Source: Euprymna scolopes
Taxonomy: Eukaryota
Assembly: GCA_053919585.1 (NCBI GenBank)
Contig: CM132800.1
DNA length: 64,000 nt
Reading direction: 5' to 3' (one strand)
Positions 13,240 to 26,788 of this stretch are shown here, one piece after another; the first letter of the stretch is position 1, and each line of letters opens with the position of its first letter. The notes under the pieces were generated by a model, which was not told the origin of the DNA, did not search any database, and saw only the letters and a program-made list of their open reading frames with translations. The translations under genes were made by a program, and so were the position numbers.

Positions 13240-15327
13240 CATCCATGCATATATGACGCATCCGTTTCAACAACCAGAGAAACATTTTGGTCTATTATTG
13301 TAATTGCTAATTACGCAATAATCTTTTTCAGTTTCTCGAATGCCTCAATGCTTTGACAGGACAGAGGACACGTCTCTACTTATATTAATGGGTGTATCTT
13401 TTTTGAGAACGATGTAATCCATTGGGATTACTTAGCAAACGTATCCATAGCACATTAAAGGGAAAGCCGATTTGGAGGGACAGGCATCTTGAGTAAATGT
13501 TGTAATCGATCTGCGTCCGGTGTTATTAAAACTTTGCTTATGGTATACCCCAGTAGATTTATTTTGTCCAGTCCAAACTAGCATTTGTCCTCCATTAGGG
13601 TAAAGTTGAATTTGTCGATGGCGGAGATGAACTGTCTGAGATTTTCGTAGAGTTCCTTTTTATTATGACCACATACTGTGACGTTGTGAATACACACAAA
13701 TTTACTTTCCAGGTTTTCATCTGCTATTATTTGGTCGCCTATACTTTGGAAGCTGGCTACCCCATTCGAAACGCCAAAAGGAATCTTGCAATTTCTCTCT
13801 ACGTCTAATGGAGATATTATGGTACGCGTTTTTAAAGTCCAGAGTGTTAAACATACGATATTTGGCTATTTCGCCTTTCATTTCATTAATACTGGGTAGT
13901 GGGGAGGCGTGCTAAAGAGTTAATCTTTTTATGGTTTGGGAGTCATCTAAAACCAGTCTTGTTTTATGGTTTTCAGAAGTTATTTTAACTACCTGAGACC
14001 TACATAGTTATTAGCTAGGTTCAATTATACCCTCGTCGAGTAGTCTTTTATCCCAGATCACATTAATTTTTTTTAATATTATAAGAAAATACTCTGCATC
14101 TAACTGCTATGCGTTTGCAGTTTTCAGTAAGGCTTTCGAAAAGAGACAAGTACTGGATTTTGCCGACGCCAATCCAAAAAGTTTCAATGCGGGCATTGAA
14201 TTGTCACACGGAATTTCAATTTGCTGCAAAAAATCGTGTCCCAGTATTATTTCGCAGCAAATAATTTTCATTGCAGATAATTCAATGGTTTTATAAAATA
14301 CGTCATTAAATAAATACAATAAATACTTACCTATGTATAAAATGACGCGTTTGTCACTCTTACCTTGCTATGGGGGAACAAAATACAATTTGTTGCTTTT
14401 TATCATGCTGTATTCGATAAAATTTTCTGAGTTTCCGGTATTCAGCAAAGCATTCGTAGATCTCCCGTTAATTTTCATTTTTAGAATAGTTTTTGAAAAG
14501 CAATTAGGGAAGTCAGTAAAAGTTACAGATGTATTTAGAGGAGTGGTTTTGCATAGAGTTTTAAAGAACTTGCATACTTTTGGAGAATAACCAAGTTTTC
14601 CACGTATATGACAACGAGTATCTCTGGCAGGGTATGAAACTCGTAGGTGTTTAGATAAGCCGCACAAATATCAGGCGTCCCTTTTAAAGGGTCAATGACC
14701 GATTATTCTTGAAGCTTCATCGGACTATCGGCATGAGGGGTGGCTATAAATAAGAACTAGACTGCTGTATAGCACATTCGAAGTTATATGCTTGCGTTTC
14801 GACGTGTAAGGGTCTGATTCCCAAGAAGACATTGTGGTACAAGTGTATTACGTAAGCCGTTAATGGAGGCGCCCAAAATGTGTTGGTCTTGAACGTTTAA
14901 TGTCGTCATTGGACAGGAGTTGCAATCTTTGCCCAGTGTCCAAAGGCTCTTCAGGAAATTGTCAAATGTTTCTTCTGATTCCTGTGGCGAGTCACAAGTA
15001 AGTGTCTAGAAAATATCTCATTTGTGGACTATGTATGTAGCTTTCAATTAAACGAATGCTTCTTCGCAATCCAAGATAATTTGGTTGAGTGTGTGAGACA
15101 AGTAGTTGGTTAGGAGCGCACGCTTTTTGATGGGGCGTCCCGGTTATTCTGAATGTAGAACCTCAATGCCATTCGTAAATATATCCCGCCTATGTTGTAT
15201 TCTTGAATAAATTGTAATGAAAGCGCACAAGAGATTCTATCTACTAATCCTTTATCCAATAATGAATCTTACTACTCGTTTACTTTACAAGTGGATATGT
15301 ACAGCTTTTATAGCTAGGATTATGACA
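12073..15327 (-). mobile_element. Decayed, internally deleted Ty3/Gypsy LTR retrotransposon with short diverged LTRs (~12073-12229 and ~15193-15327)
   Basis: Gag NEIFSRHLLVTR; degenerate Zn knuckles CGLSKH..PARDTRCHIRGKLG; protease NALLNTGNSENFI; RT ENHKTRLVLDDSQT..LDFKNAYH..IPFGVSNG; integrase SRTTPYNPKGNGQC, NATSHERFLSFQRRS. PPT-like GGTGGGGTAG precedes the 3' LTR. Both LTRs share CTACTCGTT..ATGT(G/A)CAGCTT. Confidence 0.9.
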
Positions 15328-16480
15328 AAGGAGGTAATCCATATCCGCATCAGCACGTAAATTCAGTTTTTGATGAAAAAAATACTCGTTAAAATGTATT
15401 TATATTTTTAGAGTGAACTTTTAAATGATCTTTTGAAAGTTACAAAAATTGGGATCACTTTTAATATCATTTAAATTATGTGAACATTTATGGACATCGT
15501 TTTTTTTTTTCAAATTATAAGGTGTTTCATATTAGGACCCTGCAGATGATAACGGTTATATTTTGAAAGTATTTTAGGAATACAGGCTAGATATTCTTAT
15601 ATGTTTATTAAACTGCAAGTGTCCATGGATGATCAACATACTGTACACAACTATAAAATTATAAATAATTTCGTAAGCCAAAAGGGCCGTTACAATAGAA
15701 GGAAAAGAGGTTTTACATACGATAAGAGTTTTTTAAAAAATCAAAGGATTTCAGAATATAAGTTAACCCAAATAAAATGTACAGATCAAGTAACGTAAGT
15801 TAGAATGTGACAACAATTTTACAAAATTTATCTTCAGCACAACAAGGTAATGTTTGCATTAACAAATTATTACATTTTTATTAAAGTGCTTATGTCGGAT
15901 GGACAATGGTTTTGATATATCTAGAATTTCAGTTTATCGGAGAGGGCTGATAAGTCGTTGTTTTTACGTCCAGAGAAAAGTATCGGGCGCATATATTATT
16001 ATGTAGAATAAATGAAGGTTTTAAAAACCTCCAAGATAAGTCACAACTCCAAGAAAATAATCTTATATAAAATATGAGCTGTTATTATGTTGTTCCTCTC
16101 GGGGAAAGCTAGCTTCTTGTACAGAAGTTTCAAGTAAAGTTCACATGTCATAGAACTGTCTGTAAAATGTTTATTAATCCCGTTACCTAGTTGAATAGTA
16201 ATCTGTAAAAGAACGGTCATGAGCTAAATTGGGAATTGTTTAAAGGAATATTTAACCATGCATACACACCCACCCTCTCAATGAAAATTATGCGTTTTTN
16301 NNNNNNNNNNNNNNNNNNNNNNNNNNNNNNNNNNNNNNNNNNNNNNNNNNNNNNNNNNNNNNNNNNNNNNNNNNNNNNNNNNNNNNNNNNNNNNNNNNNN
16401 NNNNNNNNNNNNNNNNNNNNNNNNNNNNNNNNNNNAACTGAAGAAAGTGCTCAATACTGTTGTAGAGCAAATATGCGTTG

Positions 16481-16585
16481 TATTTTTTATTAAATTATTT
16501 TTCTGTTAAGTAACATTATTGTTTCAGCGGCCGAGTAGCTGAAACAATAATGTAACTAAACAGAAAAATACAGTAATAAAAAATA
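16481..16585. repeat. Hairpin / inverted repeat, arms about 45-50 bp, 9-nt loop
   Basis: TTTTCTGTTAAGTAACATTATTGTTTCAGC-GGCCGAGTA-GCTGAAACAATAATGTAACTAAACAGAAAA, with A/T-rich outer pairing. Confidence 0.85.
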
Positions 16586-17125
16586 AAAGGTACATATATA
16601 CACATATATATTTAATTATTTATATATAACTTTATTAAACATTTCAGAGTCACAGACGTATTCCCTTAATTCATAGTCATATCGTTACTGAGATTCACGC
16701 GTGTTTAATTAGACTGACATTAGTTCCTCGAGCAAAAAATATACTACTGATTTCATTATATGTAAAAGGATGTTTGATGTAAAACTGATTTAGAAAAATC
16801 ATGAGCGGTAACAGAAAAAAATAACAGACACGAATACAAATTCTTACTTATAGAAACATATTGAAAAACACTGCTATGAAGATGTTCATTTATTCAGACC
16901 AACGCGCAGACCAAATATTCACATGATGCCGTAATTTATTCAATAGTAAACAAACAACATTACAAAATTTACGTACTTATTCTTTGAAAGAAATTAATTA
17001 TTAACTCAAAAACATTCATTAGAAGCCATTGTTAAGTGCCAAATAGAAAAACTTACCTTTAGTTAGAAAACGCTTGAGGTAAACATATACACATATATGA
17101 TAATAAAAATTAAGTAATTAATTAT

Positions 17126-17294
17126 TAGGTCTATGACAAGAGAATATTCTTATCATTGTTTTGACTCTCAAGTATATATCGGACATATTTAGACACAGCT
17201 AATCACATCACTCTATCTAAAACATATATATAAACCGATATTTAAGCGAGAATCCAAATAATAATAATAATAATATTCTCTTGTCATAGTCCTT
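17126..17294. mobile_element. hAT-type MITE, family copy 1
   Basis: TIR TAGGTCTATGACAAGAGAATATT / AATATTCTCTTGTCATAGTCC. Approximate 8-bp TSD TTAATTAT/TTAATTAC. Internal sequence matches the copies at 36432 and 54710. Confidence 0.8.
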
Positions 17295-18039
17295 TTTAAT
17301 TACTAAACTTTGATTACCTTATAAATATTATGAGAATAAATTTACGTTATTATTTTATTAAGTAGCCCCAAATTAACATATAATAATATAGTGTTGGTAA
17401 TATTAATGTTGCCAATTTAAAACCCTTAATCACACAAAAAAATAAAATTAATCTGTGGCGAGTTATTTCCCTTACATAAGTCAAAAACTCTCTCTACTAA
17501 TTGTCTCTATCGTATGTATGTTAGAATTATATAAACTAAAGTATTTCTAGATTAAAGAATATATTTTATTCATATAAATAAATAGACTTAAGTTAAATTA
17601 ACAGCCTATACAGCATAGTCAAATAGTGAAATTAACTAATGCTCATACTTTATTTAAAGGCCAAAAAGTAAATGCAGCCTTAAAATCATATATTCAGAAC
17701 GGTATCAGAGCAAATTCCTATCTATATCGATTTAAATGTTATTAATATATATATATATATATATATTTAGAGAGAGAGAGAGAGAAAGATAGAGAGAGAT
17801 GAATAGAGAGAGAGAGATCACTATATCACAGACCATTTGATATATATAGACTCGTATATTACAGAGTGTTAAAGCTTTTAATAGAAAAAAAAGAATTATC
17901 CATGTGTGCATTATTACGCATATAAACATTAATGTAATACAAAAATCTTGTTAAGCGACTCAGATTCTATAGAAAAGATTGGAGACGATGCTTCAAGATT
18001 GCACTATCTGCATAACTCCTCCATATCTATTTCAGCTAT

Positions 18040-18253
18040 TCTTAACATGGCGGTTTATATCGCTGACGTTGCTACTAGCTTTAATACGATGAGAACTATT
18101 AGAATTTTCTATTATTATGTGTTGTTTTTCTCCTTGCTACTCATTCAATCTATTTGTTGAATTATCAGACTAAAAAATCGCATTTTAATATCCTACTCAG
18201 TTTTTAGTATATATTGATCGCTCTACTCTCAATTATGAAGCTAGTTTTGATAT

Positions 18254-18311
<58 letters not shown>

Positions 18312-18600
18312 CAAAGCTAAATAATGAAAAAGAATTACTATCAGTAAATTTGTCGATCTGTACATATAAAATATTATGTATTAAATTATATACTATAAGA
18401 CCATGTATGAAGTACTGTTGCCATATTGGACCTAATAAACGTTTGTCCAATTTGTGTGTCCTGAATATTTTACAGAACCGAATGCGTAATTTGATAAGCA
18501 CCACCCTTTCCTCTCTGCAGGCTTTATCTGATGAACGTGATGTAATTAGTCTCAGTATTTTATATAATGCTTTGATCAAGTGTTCTACCCGATTATCTTT
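18040..18600 (+). mobile_element. Decayed CR1 ORF2 C-terminal fragment interrupted by (TA)n
   Basis: IRPCMKYCCHIG...LNILQNRMRNLI...LQALSDERDVISLSILY matches the CR1 C-terminal motif also seen at 35520. Confidence 0.7.
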
Positions 18601-21600
18601 TCTTTCTGTTTTACTCAGTGGCTAAGTAGTCTTCATAAATCCTTTGTTTTGATACCCCTGTGTTCTACAACTCGTCATTCCAATCAATCCAGGCTTATTT
18701 TACTCTCTTTCTTATGACATTTTCTCTCTTAACTTTTCAATACAAAATCCAATTAGTGTCCTGATTTTTGCAATAATCAGCTTTCGTTCTTGTTCTTTGG
18801 TTATACCAAGTGACTTCAAGCCTTACTTAAGCTATTTCCATAAAAAAAAATTGTTTAAATTCATTTGTGTATTCTATTAGCTTTAATAGATGTTGCAGAT
18901 AAATTGGATACAATTAAATGAGTTCATTATTATGTAACAATGCACGTCTGATAATACCATAGATTGTAGAGCCGGATCGTATATTTTATAAAGACTTTTA
19001 ATTGCATGCCAATATTATCTCGTTGTAGTGGCAGTTATCGACATCTGCGAACACGTATTTACATAACAGGGGCGAAGCAAAAAACTGTTTAATACAGCTT
19101 AGTTGGTTGGTCAAGGTAGAAATTTGTTTTAAGCGAGGCCGGCGTTGAAAAAGCATCATCACTCCTCACAAACCCATCTTGTTCAAGCAGCACATGTATC
19201 GTTCCCAGAGACGACCACGCCATCCACTCAAGTGTCCATTCAAAACAGCATACACGTTCGACAGGCAAACATGACAGAAATAATGGCAAATCACGTTTCT
19301 TTTTTATGCGAATTATGTAGAAAATAGAAGTAAAAGCAGACACTCTTAATAAAGAAGTATGCCAACACGTTACCTGGCAACATGCACTTGCAAAAAAATC
19401 ATTGTATAATAGTACGATTTCTCAATTGTAGATAATCACTAATGCAAATTCTGTTTTCCTTTCACATCTAAGCATAGAGCGTCATCATTTAGCATGCACC
19501 AAATGGCCCAAAACTTAATTACGAAGAAATATATGATTTTTAATTTGCTCGCTTTTGTTTAGTGAATTCGCATCTTTAAATATTAATTTTGAATAATAAT
19601 AATAATAATAATATTTTATCCATATTTCTGTTCTAAACACGAACCTAAATTGTTCTCATTTATTCACACCAAATAATCGACATTCACGTTTTCGCAAGTT
19701 TATCATCAATCAATAAAAAAGAAGTGTATATGTTGTCTTGCAATATAGTGATATATCGCAACTAGTAAAATGAGCCTGCCTTTCTAAAGGAAGCAACAGT
19801 TGTAGAAATACCGTACATATGACCCTATGAAATGAAACAATGACTGTAGAACAATGTTTATAGGTGAATCCAAACAATCATTCAATTTAAAACAGGGAAA
19901 TGCCGATGGCTAATGGTTTACAACACGGGCTGATAACCTTAGTCTGATCAGTGAAAACACAGTTTCCCAGGAATACTCACTTACAATGCTGACAACCAGC
20001 ACGCGGTTCTTCTAAGAGTTGCCCTGGAAAATCTTCTGAACAAAACCTTTATGAGAAATAAAACCAGCTGTATGATATTCTGATTCATAGAACATGAGTA
20101 AATGAATTAAAAATAAACATTAACAAATAGCAGTCAAATACAAAAATTGTAATTCTCTACACCAATACGCAAGTAAGTTGGCTTGCAATTGATAATGCGT
20201 ATGCGCTAGCAGTATACAAAAATGCGATAAATCTATTTTGTAAAGTTTAACTAAGTACACGTATAGTTACTTTAAAAGTGGTGTAATACATGCATTCAAA
20301 TTTCGCATTTCTTTGTTTGATATAATTGGTGAACATAACAAAGCGAATATAGAATAGATAACAGTACATAGAAGAACATCTGAATGGTACACCGAAGTCG
20401 AGTTATATAAATAAAAAACCTGTATATATGCGAATATCAATTTACGTTCACGTCTGGTTTCGAAATTTGTAAGAATTCAACTAACACGGATTTTTCGAAC
20501 ATTCCAGCAACACATAATCTTAAATATGTAGGGAAAATTATCGTTATTCGCGCAAATTGAGTAGAATTTTATTATCTAAGGGGACGGATTATGACGAACC
20601 TCATAATATTGAACTTGAAGTCAACCGGGAAGGACGCCAGCGAAACAGAGATACACAGGTGGATAGTTCTAGGAAATGAGTTCTGTTCATGGAAGCTGCT
20701 TTTAGATTTAGGCACAGTTAGTGAGTAGGGGAAATCGTATAAAATTATTGTATTTTGAGAAAGTTTGGCAAGGGGTGTGCATAAATCGGAGCTCAGTCGT
20801 CCAATTGCCATAAAAATAATGATAAGTAGGGGATACCTGGACAAAGTCTCTTCTGTATGGGAAAAGGTTACAGGGAAGAGAAAAGTGCATTACAAACTAG
20901 GTTCCAGAGCCGGTTTTGAATTCTATCAAGGTAGGATACAGTGCACCGAACCACGGCTCCCGGAAGAGAAGGAGGCCAGTGAACATGACAGCGAGACGTC
21001 ATTGGTAAATCAACATGTAAATAAAGGGCACCTAAAGTTTCCTGTTCAACTACCTGGTCACGATAATAGGCATAAAAATATGGCTGTGGTAATTTTACGA
21101 AGGTAGTCCAAACTTCCATGTATTTTCCTCTCCTAAAGAGAAATAAAAATTCTCCATTTGGATAATTATTATAATTGCACATTTGGATAATTTTAATCTA
21201 ACAAAATATAGTAAATGGACTTGTTTTTGAACTTTTATTTCTATCGGAGAAAGTCGAATTTTTCTCTTTTTTTTACTGCAAAACAAACAATTTCAATATA
21301 AGAATATTTTTCAGTCAGTTCTTTTAATAATAAATAAAACTTTTCATTGAGTATTTCAAAATATTTTAAAGTTAGAAGCATTGTTCGCGATATATTTTTT
21401 GTTGTTGTTTTTAACTAAAACGATCGTTGAATTCGATATTTTAGCACTGAGCGTAATTTATTTCTTCGAAATATATTTAAAACTTCGTGTCTGTTTTATA
21501 ATATTTTAAGTGTAAATAATCTACATGACTGAAACGACAAATGAAATAGAACCTTTTCTATTCTCTCCTGAGACATACAAACAACACAAATTAATTAAAA

Positions 21601-24014
21601 ATTCATTAACTGATTAGTTTTAATAAAAGTTTAGCAATGAACTAAAAATAAAGTGTACATTAAATTTTAGTTAACATATTTTCTTGTATATCTTATAAAT
21701 ACATGTTGTTTAAACCGTACTAAAATAATATTATTTAGAAAGCCATATTAACGGGGACGGGGCTTTCTAACTAATCTGCACTTTTACATTACAATTCAAT
21801 GAAAAAAGGGTTATGTTTTACTATACACATAGATTCCGAAAAAATTGTTAAAAAACAAATATATAACAAATAAATGTTATCAAAGGCAAGATAGATTACT
21901 TTTCTAACAAACTGGATAAGTTTTAATGTTTTTATTTAGGGTAAAAATGTTTATTAATTTCGAAAACAACAGTGTTTATCGATATATTTGAAAAATACAA
22001 ATGGCGGCGAGTTCGCTTTATACTACGTTAAGTTAGGGGAAATAAGTTCAAACTAAAACACCATACAAAATGCTGTATGAAATTAACTCATTATATGTTA
22101 CCATGACATAGCTTAATTTCCGATTCCAAACCAATTCTTTTAATTTTCTTTTATAATAAAAAAGTAAACACTCACAGATTGTTTTGTTTGTTTTAATTAG
22201 AAATTATCTATTGATAACATAAGACAGAGGAGCCACAGAATGGTTTATAAATCTTATTTGCAGATTTAACATTGCTTCACAGAGTTTGAATTATTTTATT
22301 TATTGGTCATTTATCGTAAACCTTTCGCATCTTTTCGGTAAATCTGTGTGTGGCTCAATTCGATTGAATTTACTTGATTATTAAAAGGTTTTAAAAACAT
22401 GCTCTAGAGGGAGTTTTTTAATTTCGTTGGCGCCAGCTGTATATTAGCGGTGTTTGTCATCAGCTTCTTCTGAAATAAATAATGTTTCATGGCGCTTCTC
22501 TTTGGACGCAAGTGAAAAATATAGATTAAAATCTCCGGTTTGGTAAAATGTATAAAGAAAGCACATTCTGAAGAGTTTCTTCATTCAAAAGGAAATTATA
22601 TCTAGATTTAAATGTGTCTAAAAAGAAGAACGCTATTGGCACAGTTATTACTGTAATTAACAGGGGAAAAAATGATAAACACATATGCAACACATAAATG
22701 TTAATAAAAGAAATACTTTTCTACATATCTGAAAAATGTATGTGTGTTTAAACACCTTAAAGTGTATTTTTAAAACAAACTCAGACTCTCCTCTTTGGGT
22801 TAGAATTAAGAAAAATATTAAAATGGCTGTGCAATAACCTTGACAGAATGATAACCGCTTAAAATTGAAAAATAAACAAACACTGGTAGAAACACATAGA
22901 TAAATGTTAGCAATCGCCTGAAAATGTTATGCTGTACGAGTATTTTCTTGAATGTATGGTTTTTGAACGAGAAAGCGAGAATTGAGCGGAAATACGTATC
23001 ATTTTACGTTAACTAGTTTTCCATGAGAAATATTTAAATATGTTCTTTCTTTTTCGCCAAATTATCATATAAAAATGTAGAATAAGATTTTGGGGACATG
23101 ATTTAGCAAATTTGATTAATATNNNNNNNNNNNNNNNNNNNNNNNNNNNNNNNNNNNNNNNNNNNNNNNNNNNNNNNNNNNNNNNNNNNNNNNNNNNNNN
23201 NNNNNNNNNNNNNNNNNNNNNNNNNNNNNNNNNNNNNNNNNNNNNNNNNNNNNNNNNNNNNNNNNNNNNNNNNNNNNNNNNNNNNNAGTACTAGTAGTAG
23301 TCTCTGTAATTTGTTTTTCTGTCGAACAAATGCGTATAATTATGAGAAAAAATATTAACATGTTTTCAAAGATGGGAAGGGCCAAGATAGTGAATAGAAA
23401 TCCCTGCTAATGTGATAAATGTTTTTTCTAAATAGGACATTATTATGTGAAAACGCATTCTTGTCATGGGACGGGATTTATTAACTATTCCTGCTCTACA
23501 CGGTTTTCTTATTTTGCATACGCATCGTTGGGGAATTTTTGGGGAGACACCAGCACGCAAGATTTCAATCCGCCATTTTGGTTTACCAAAAAGTACGCCA
23601 AAATGTACGCAAGTGTCCCATATTTTATTCCCTTGTAAAAAACAAATTTCTACAGAAAATTGTGTTTTACATGTTTTATCTAACGAATAAACATAAAAGT
23701 ACATATGAAAACCCGTGTTTATTATTTACAAAAAAATCCGGCAACGGAACTAAAGTCAATGTCTTGCTACTAAAACAAAAATTACGTACTGGGAAATGTG
23801 TTTAATGAATAAAAACGAATACAATTTATTTTTACAAGAATCTTGTTACATTAATCTAGCAAAATACTAAAATGATTGCTTGTCTTTCCTTCCAGTATTT
23901 GAAGGTTTTCACACGTAATCACTTTTTAAAAGTAATATCTCTTTTGGAAATGGAGATTTGGCTTAGAGTGTAAATCTAAACAAATGGCATTATTATTATT
24001 AGTATTATTAGTAC

Positions 24015-24058
<44 letters not shown>

Positions 24059-24439
24059 GTTGCATCTCGTTTTTATTTTGTTTACACCAAAGCAAATCAA
24101 CTTAATAACACCAATTTTTTATGATAAAAAACATTATTTTAACTACATTACTAGGATAGGCACATAATAGATAACAAAGCCCACGTCCTCACCAGGTTAA
24201 AATAGCTTTCTAAGTAGAAACATTGTTTAGAAAATCATTCGTAACAATGGTAGGGGTGTTGTTTGATATGTTGGGTCTACATCATTTCAAATAAGGTTTT
24301 TTTTCTTGCAATTTTCAATTAATTACAAGGAAAACATTTGAGAAACATTTATCCGGAAAATACACAGAAATTAAAAAAAAACAAAAAAAACAACAACAAC
24401 AACAACAAATCCCTAATTAAGTATTTATTCATTTTAAAA

Positions 24440-24538
24440 GAATTGGAATCACAATCGGGAATCGTATCAGAATCAGAAATGTAGAATATAATCGGTAATT
24501 GTATCGGAATCGGGGATTTTTCTGCAATCGTCCCATCA

Positions 24539-24541
<3 letters not shown>
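24440..24541 (-). mobile_element. Single hAT-like terminus with GGAATC subterminal repeats
   Basis: Reverse complement begins TAGTGATGGGACGAT, followed by several (G/A)GAATC repeats. The partner TIR was not found. Confidence 0.5.
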
Positions 24542-24588
<47 letters not shown>

Positions 24589-25741
24589 CATGTGCGCGTG
24601 TGTGTGAACACAATTTAAACCTATAAAATATATTTTACATGGATTTATTGTTCGACAGGATACTCAAATTATAAATATTTAAGTTCCCTTCTCATCAGAG
24701 GAAAGATATAAGGAAAGGAATATTATAGCGAAGCTATGAATGTGCTTGTACTGGAATGAATTGAAACATCATTATGAGAAAAATAAAGAAAAAATAAGTT
24801 TAATGCAGCGTTCACAAAATGGTAAAGGGACATGAAATATAGAAAGATGAATTTATAATCAAAGATTAAAGCTCCAGATGAAAGGATATCGAGTGATTAA
24901 GTAGGTGAAGGAGAACATCAACACAAGAGTCAATGTTCCGATAAGAAGTCGCATTTATACTGTTGACAAAGAGATACACATTTAAAATCAATTATATATA
25001 TATAATCCATGGTCTGTTGAAAAATCCGTTTGCAAATAGTCGAGAAATAAAGAATATTTCGAGTCATTGCTTTTTTGTGACTTAGGGCAATGAGTTGACG
25101 TAACACACATATTCATGGTTGTGTGTATGGTTTTGGACTCATCTTTTTTATTTTTCATTTGTTTTATTAAATCTTTCCACTAAAAACTTATTTTCCTGAT
25201 TCTGACTAGTCTTCATACAATGCTGGTTCAAATTCATAGTTTCGTTATAATATATACTTGCTACTATATTTTCTCTGATGAGAAGTAAATATTATAATTT
25301 CTTATTTGAACATCCTGTTTGGGAATAAATGTGAGTCATGTGAGTGGCGAGATAAACATATTTTCTTTTAAATTGTGTCTATTACTTTAATAGAAACAAT
25401 TACCAATAAGTTCTACTTTTTTACTTTATAATTTTTTACACGATGAAATAATTCCCGGAAGGCATTTCAATCATCTAGATTTTTTACATTATGACTTGTC
25501 GGATTTTAGGCCTTCCTAAGTATATAATGATGCATCTTTTTATGTATACTAATAATTTTTTTTAAACCGTAGCTTCCGATACATCATTTCACCTTCACGG
25601 TTATGAAAATAATTTTCACACGCTGTATAGTTAATTTTTAAAAAATAGCTTTTATTTATTTGATTATGAATTCAAAAATAGAATTGAATACTTTTGTTTA
25701 CTGATGAAAATTTTACTTTTGAAGAAAATTCTTGGACATTT

Positions 25742-25954
25742 TATCTATCCATTTCGTTATTGTGGACTATTATCATCATTGTCTTGCTGTTGTTTCACGA
25801 TGTTTCGACAAATTATTCCTCTGGCCTTCGCAAGACAGTAATTGTTTAGAACGCAGATAGGACATTCGACATTCCTATTCTATCGCGGTTAACCACCTGA
25901 GAAAGGCAAGGAGAAGATGACGATAATAGTACGCAATGAATAAATGGATATATA
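25742..25954. mobile_element. About 210-bp element with ~38-bp imperfect terminal inverted repeats (MITE-like or Penelope-derived)
   Basis: TATCTATCCATTTCGTTATTGTGGACTATTATCATCAT pairs with GATGACGATAATAGTACGCAATGAATAAATGGATATATA. Confidence 0.65.
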
Positions 25955-26087
25955 ATACAAATGTTGTTTATCACAAAGAAAATATATATAACACATAGAA
26001 ATTTGAAGTTTCTTTAATGCGTTGTTATGAAATAGAATTTGCATAAATTGATGCTTATTAATAAAATTTATGTGTCAATTTTTTAAA

Positions 26088-26134
<47 letters not shown>

Positions 26135-26140
<6 letters not shown>

Positions 26141-26788
26141 GTAAAGCTGAGTGTGTGTGTGTGTGTGCCTGGTCACGAATAGGCTCATATATGGTTGACT
26201 ATTTTAAAAAAAATGATTACATATAATGATATAAGATGTATCGAGACACAGGACTGGGTATGTTTGATCTGGCAGAACAGTGGTTCATTAAAATTTTGGG
26301 GTCTGCGTTCGCGCCTGGTCCAGAAAGTATGGAAATAAAAAATATAAAAATAAAAAAAAACGTTTACATGTGTTTTGATATAGATGTACATGAGAATATT
26401 TGATAAGTAGGTTTTAACTTAAATAGGTACGGTATAATAAAATTCTGGTGTCTGCGTTCGCGCCTGGCCTTCAGAGCATGGGAATATGGCCTAACTTTTA
26501 TAAAGACTTTTCATATCTATCTGCGTAAGTATACTTTGATAATTATGTTTCAGTGTGAAGAAATATGGTATAATAAACTTATGGGGTGTTCGTTCGCGCC
26601 TGACCGCCATAGAATGGAAATATGTAAGACATTTTATCAAGGTTTTTTTAATATAGATCCACAGAATAGTGTGATAAGTGTTTCAGTGTGAACAGGTATG
26701 GTATAATAAATGATGGGGTGTATCTATTTTATTTTTACTTTAATAATATTTTGCTTTGGTTTTGATATCCCCAAATTTGAAGATATCT
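26135..26788 (+). mobile_element. Non-autonomous Helitron-like element with internal tandem repeats of about 135-150 bp; 3' end probably in the gap
   Basis: 5' part (AAAGCTGA-(TG)n-CTGGTCACGAATAGGCTC) matches 43745-43945 inverted. Units TAAAATT.TGGGGTCTGCGTTCGCGCCTG at ~26289, 26437, 26571 and 26704. 26720-26780 matches 44510-44565 inverted. Confidence 0.7.

Noticed and set aside
19089-19343. GC-richer patch with short ORFs on both strands (similar patches at 26960-27250, 39130-39480 and 55560-55760)
   Set aside because: No recognisable motif, termini or splice structure, so no call can be supported.
19985-20025. Isolated micro-exon candidates (here on the minus strand; also ~48057-48116 minus, ~49277-49295 plus, ~32250-32315 minus)
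   Set aside because: Splice-like dinucleotides are common by chance in AT-rich DNA, and these give no recognisable peptide or consistent gene model.
26280-26730. CRISPR-like repeat-spacer array
   Set aside because: The sequences between the conserved motifs are homologous to each other, the context is eukaryotic and there are no cas genes.
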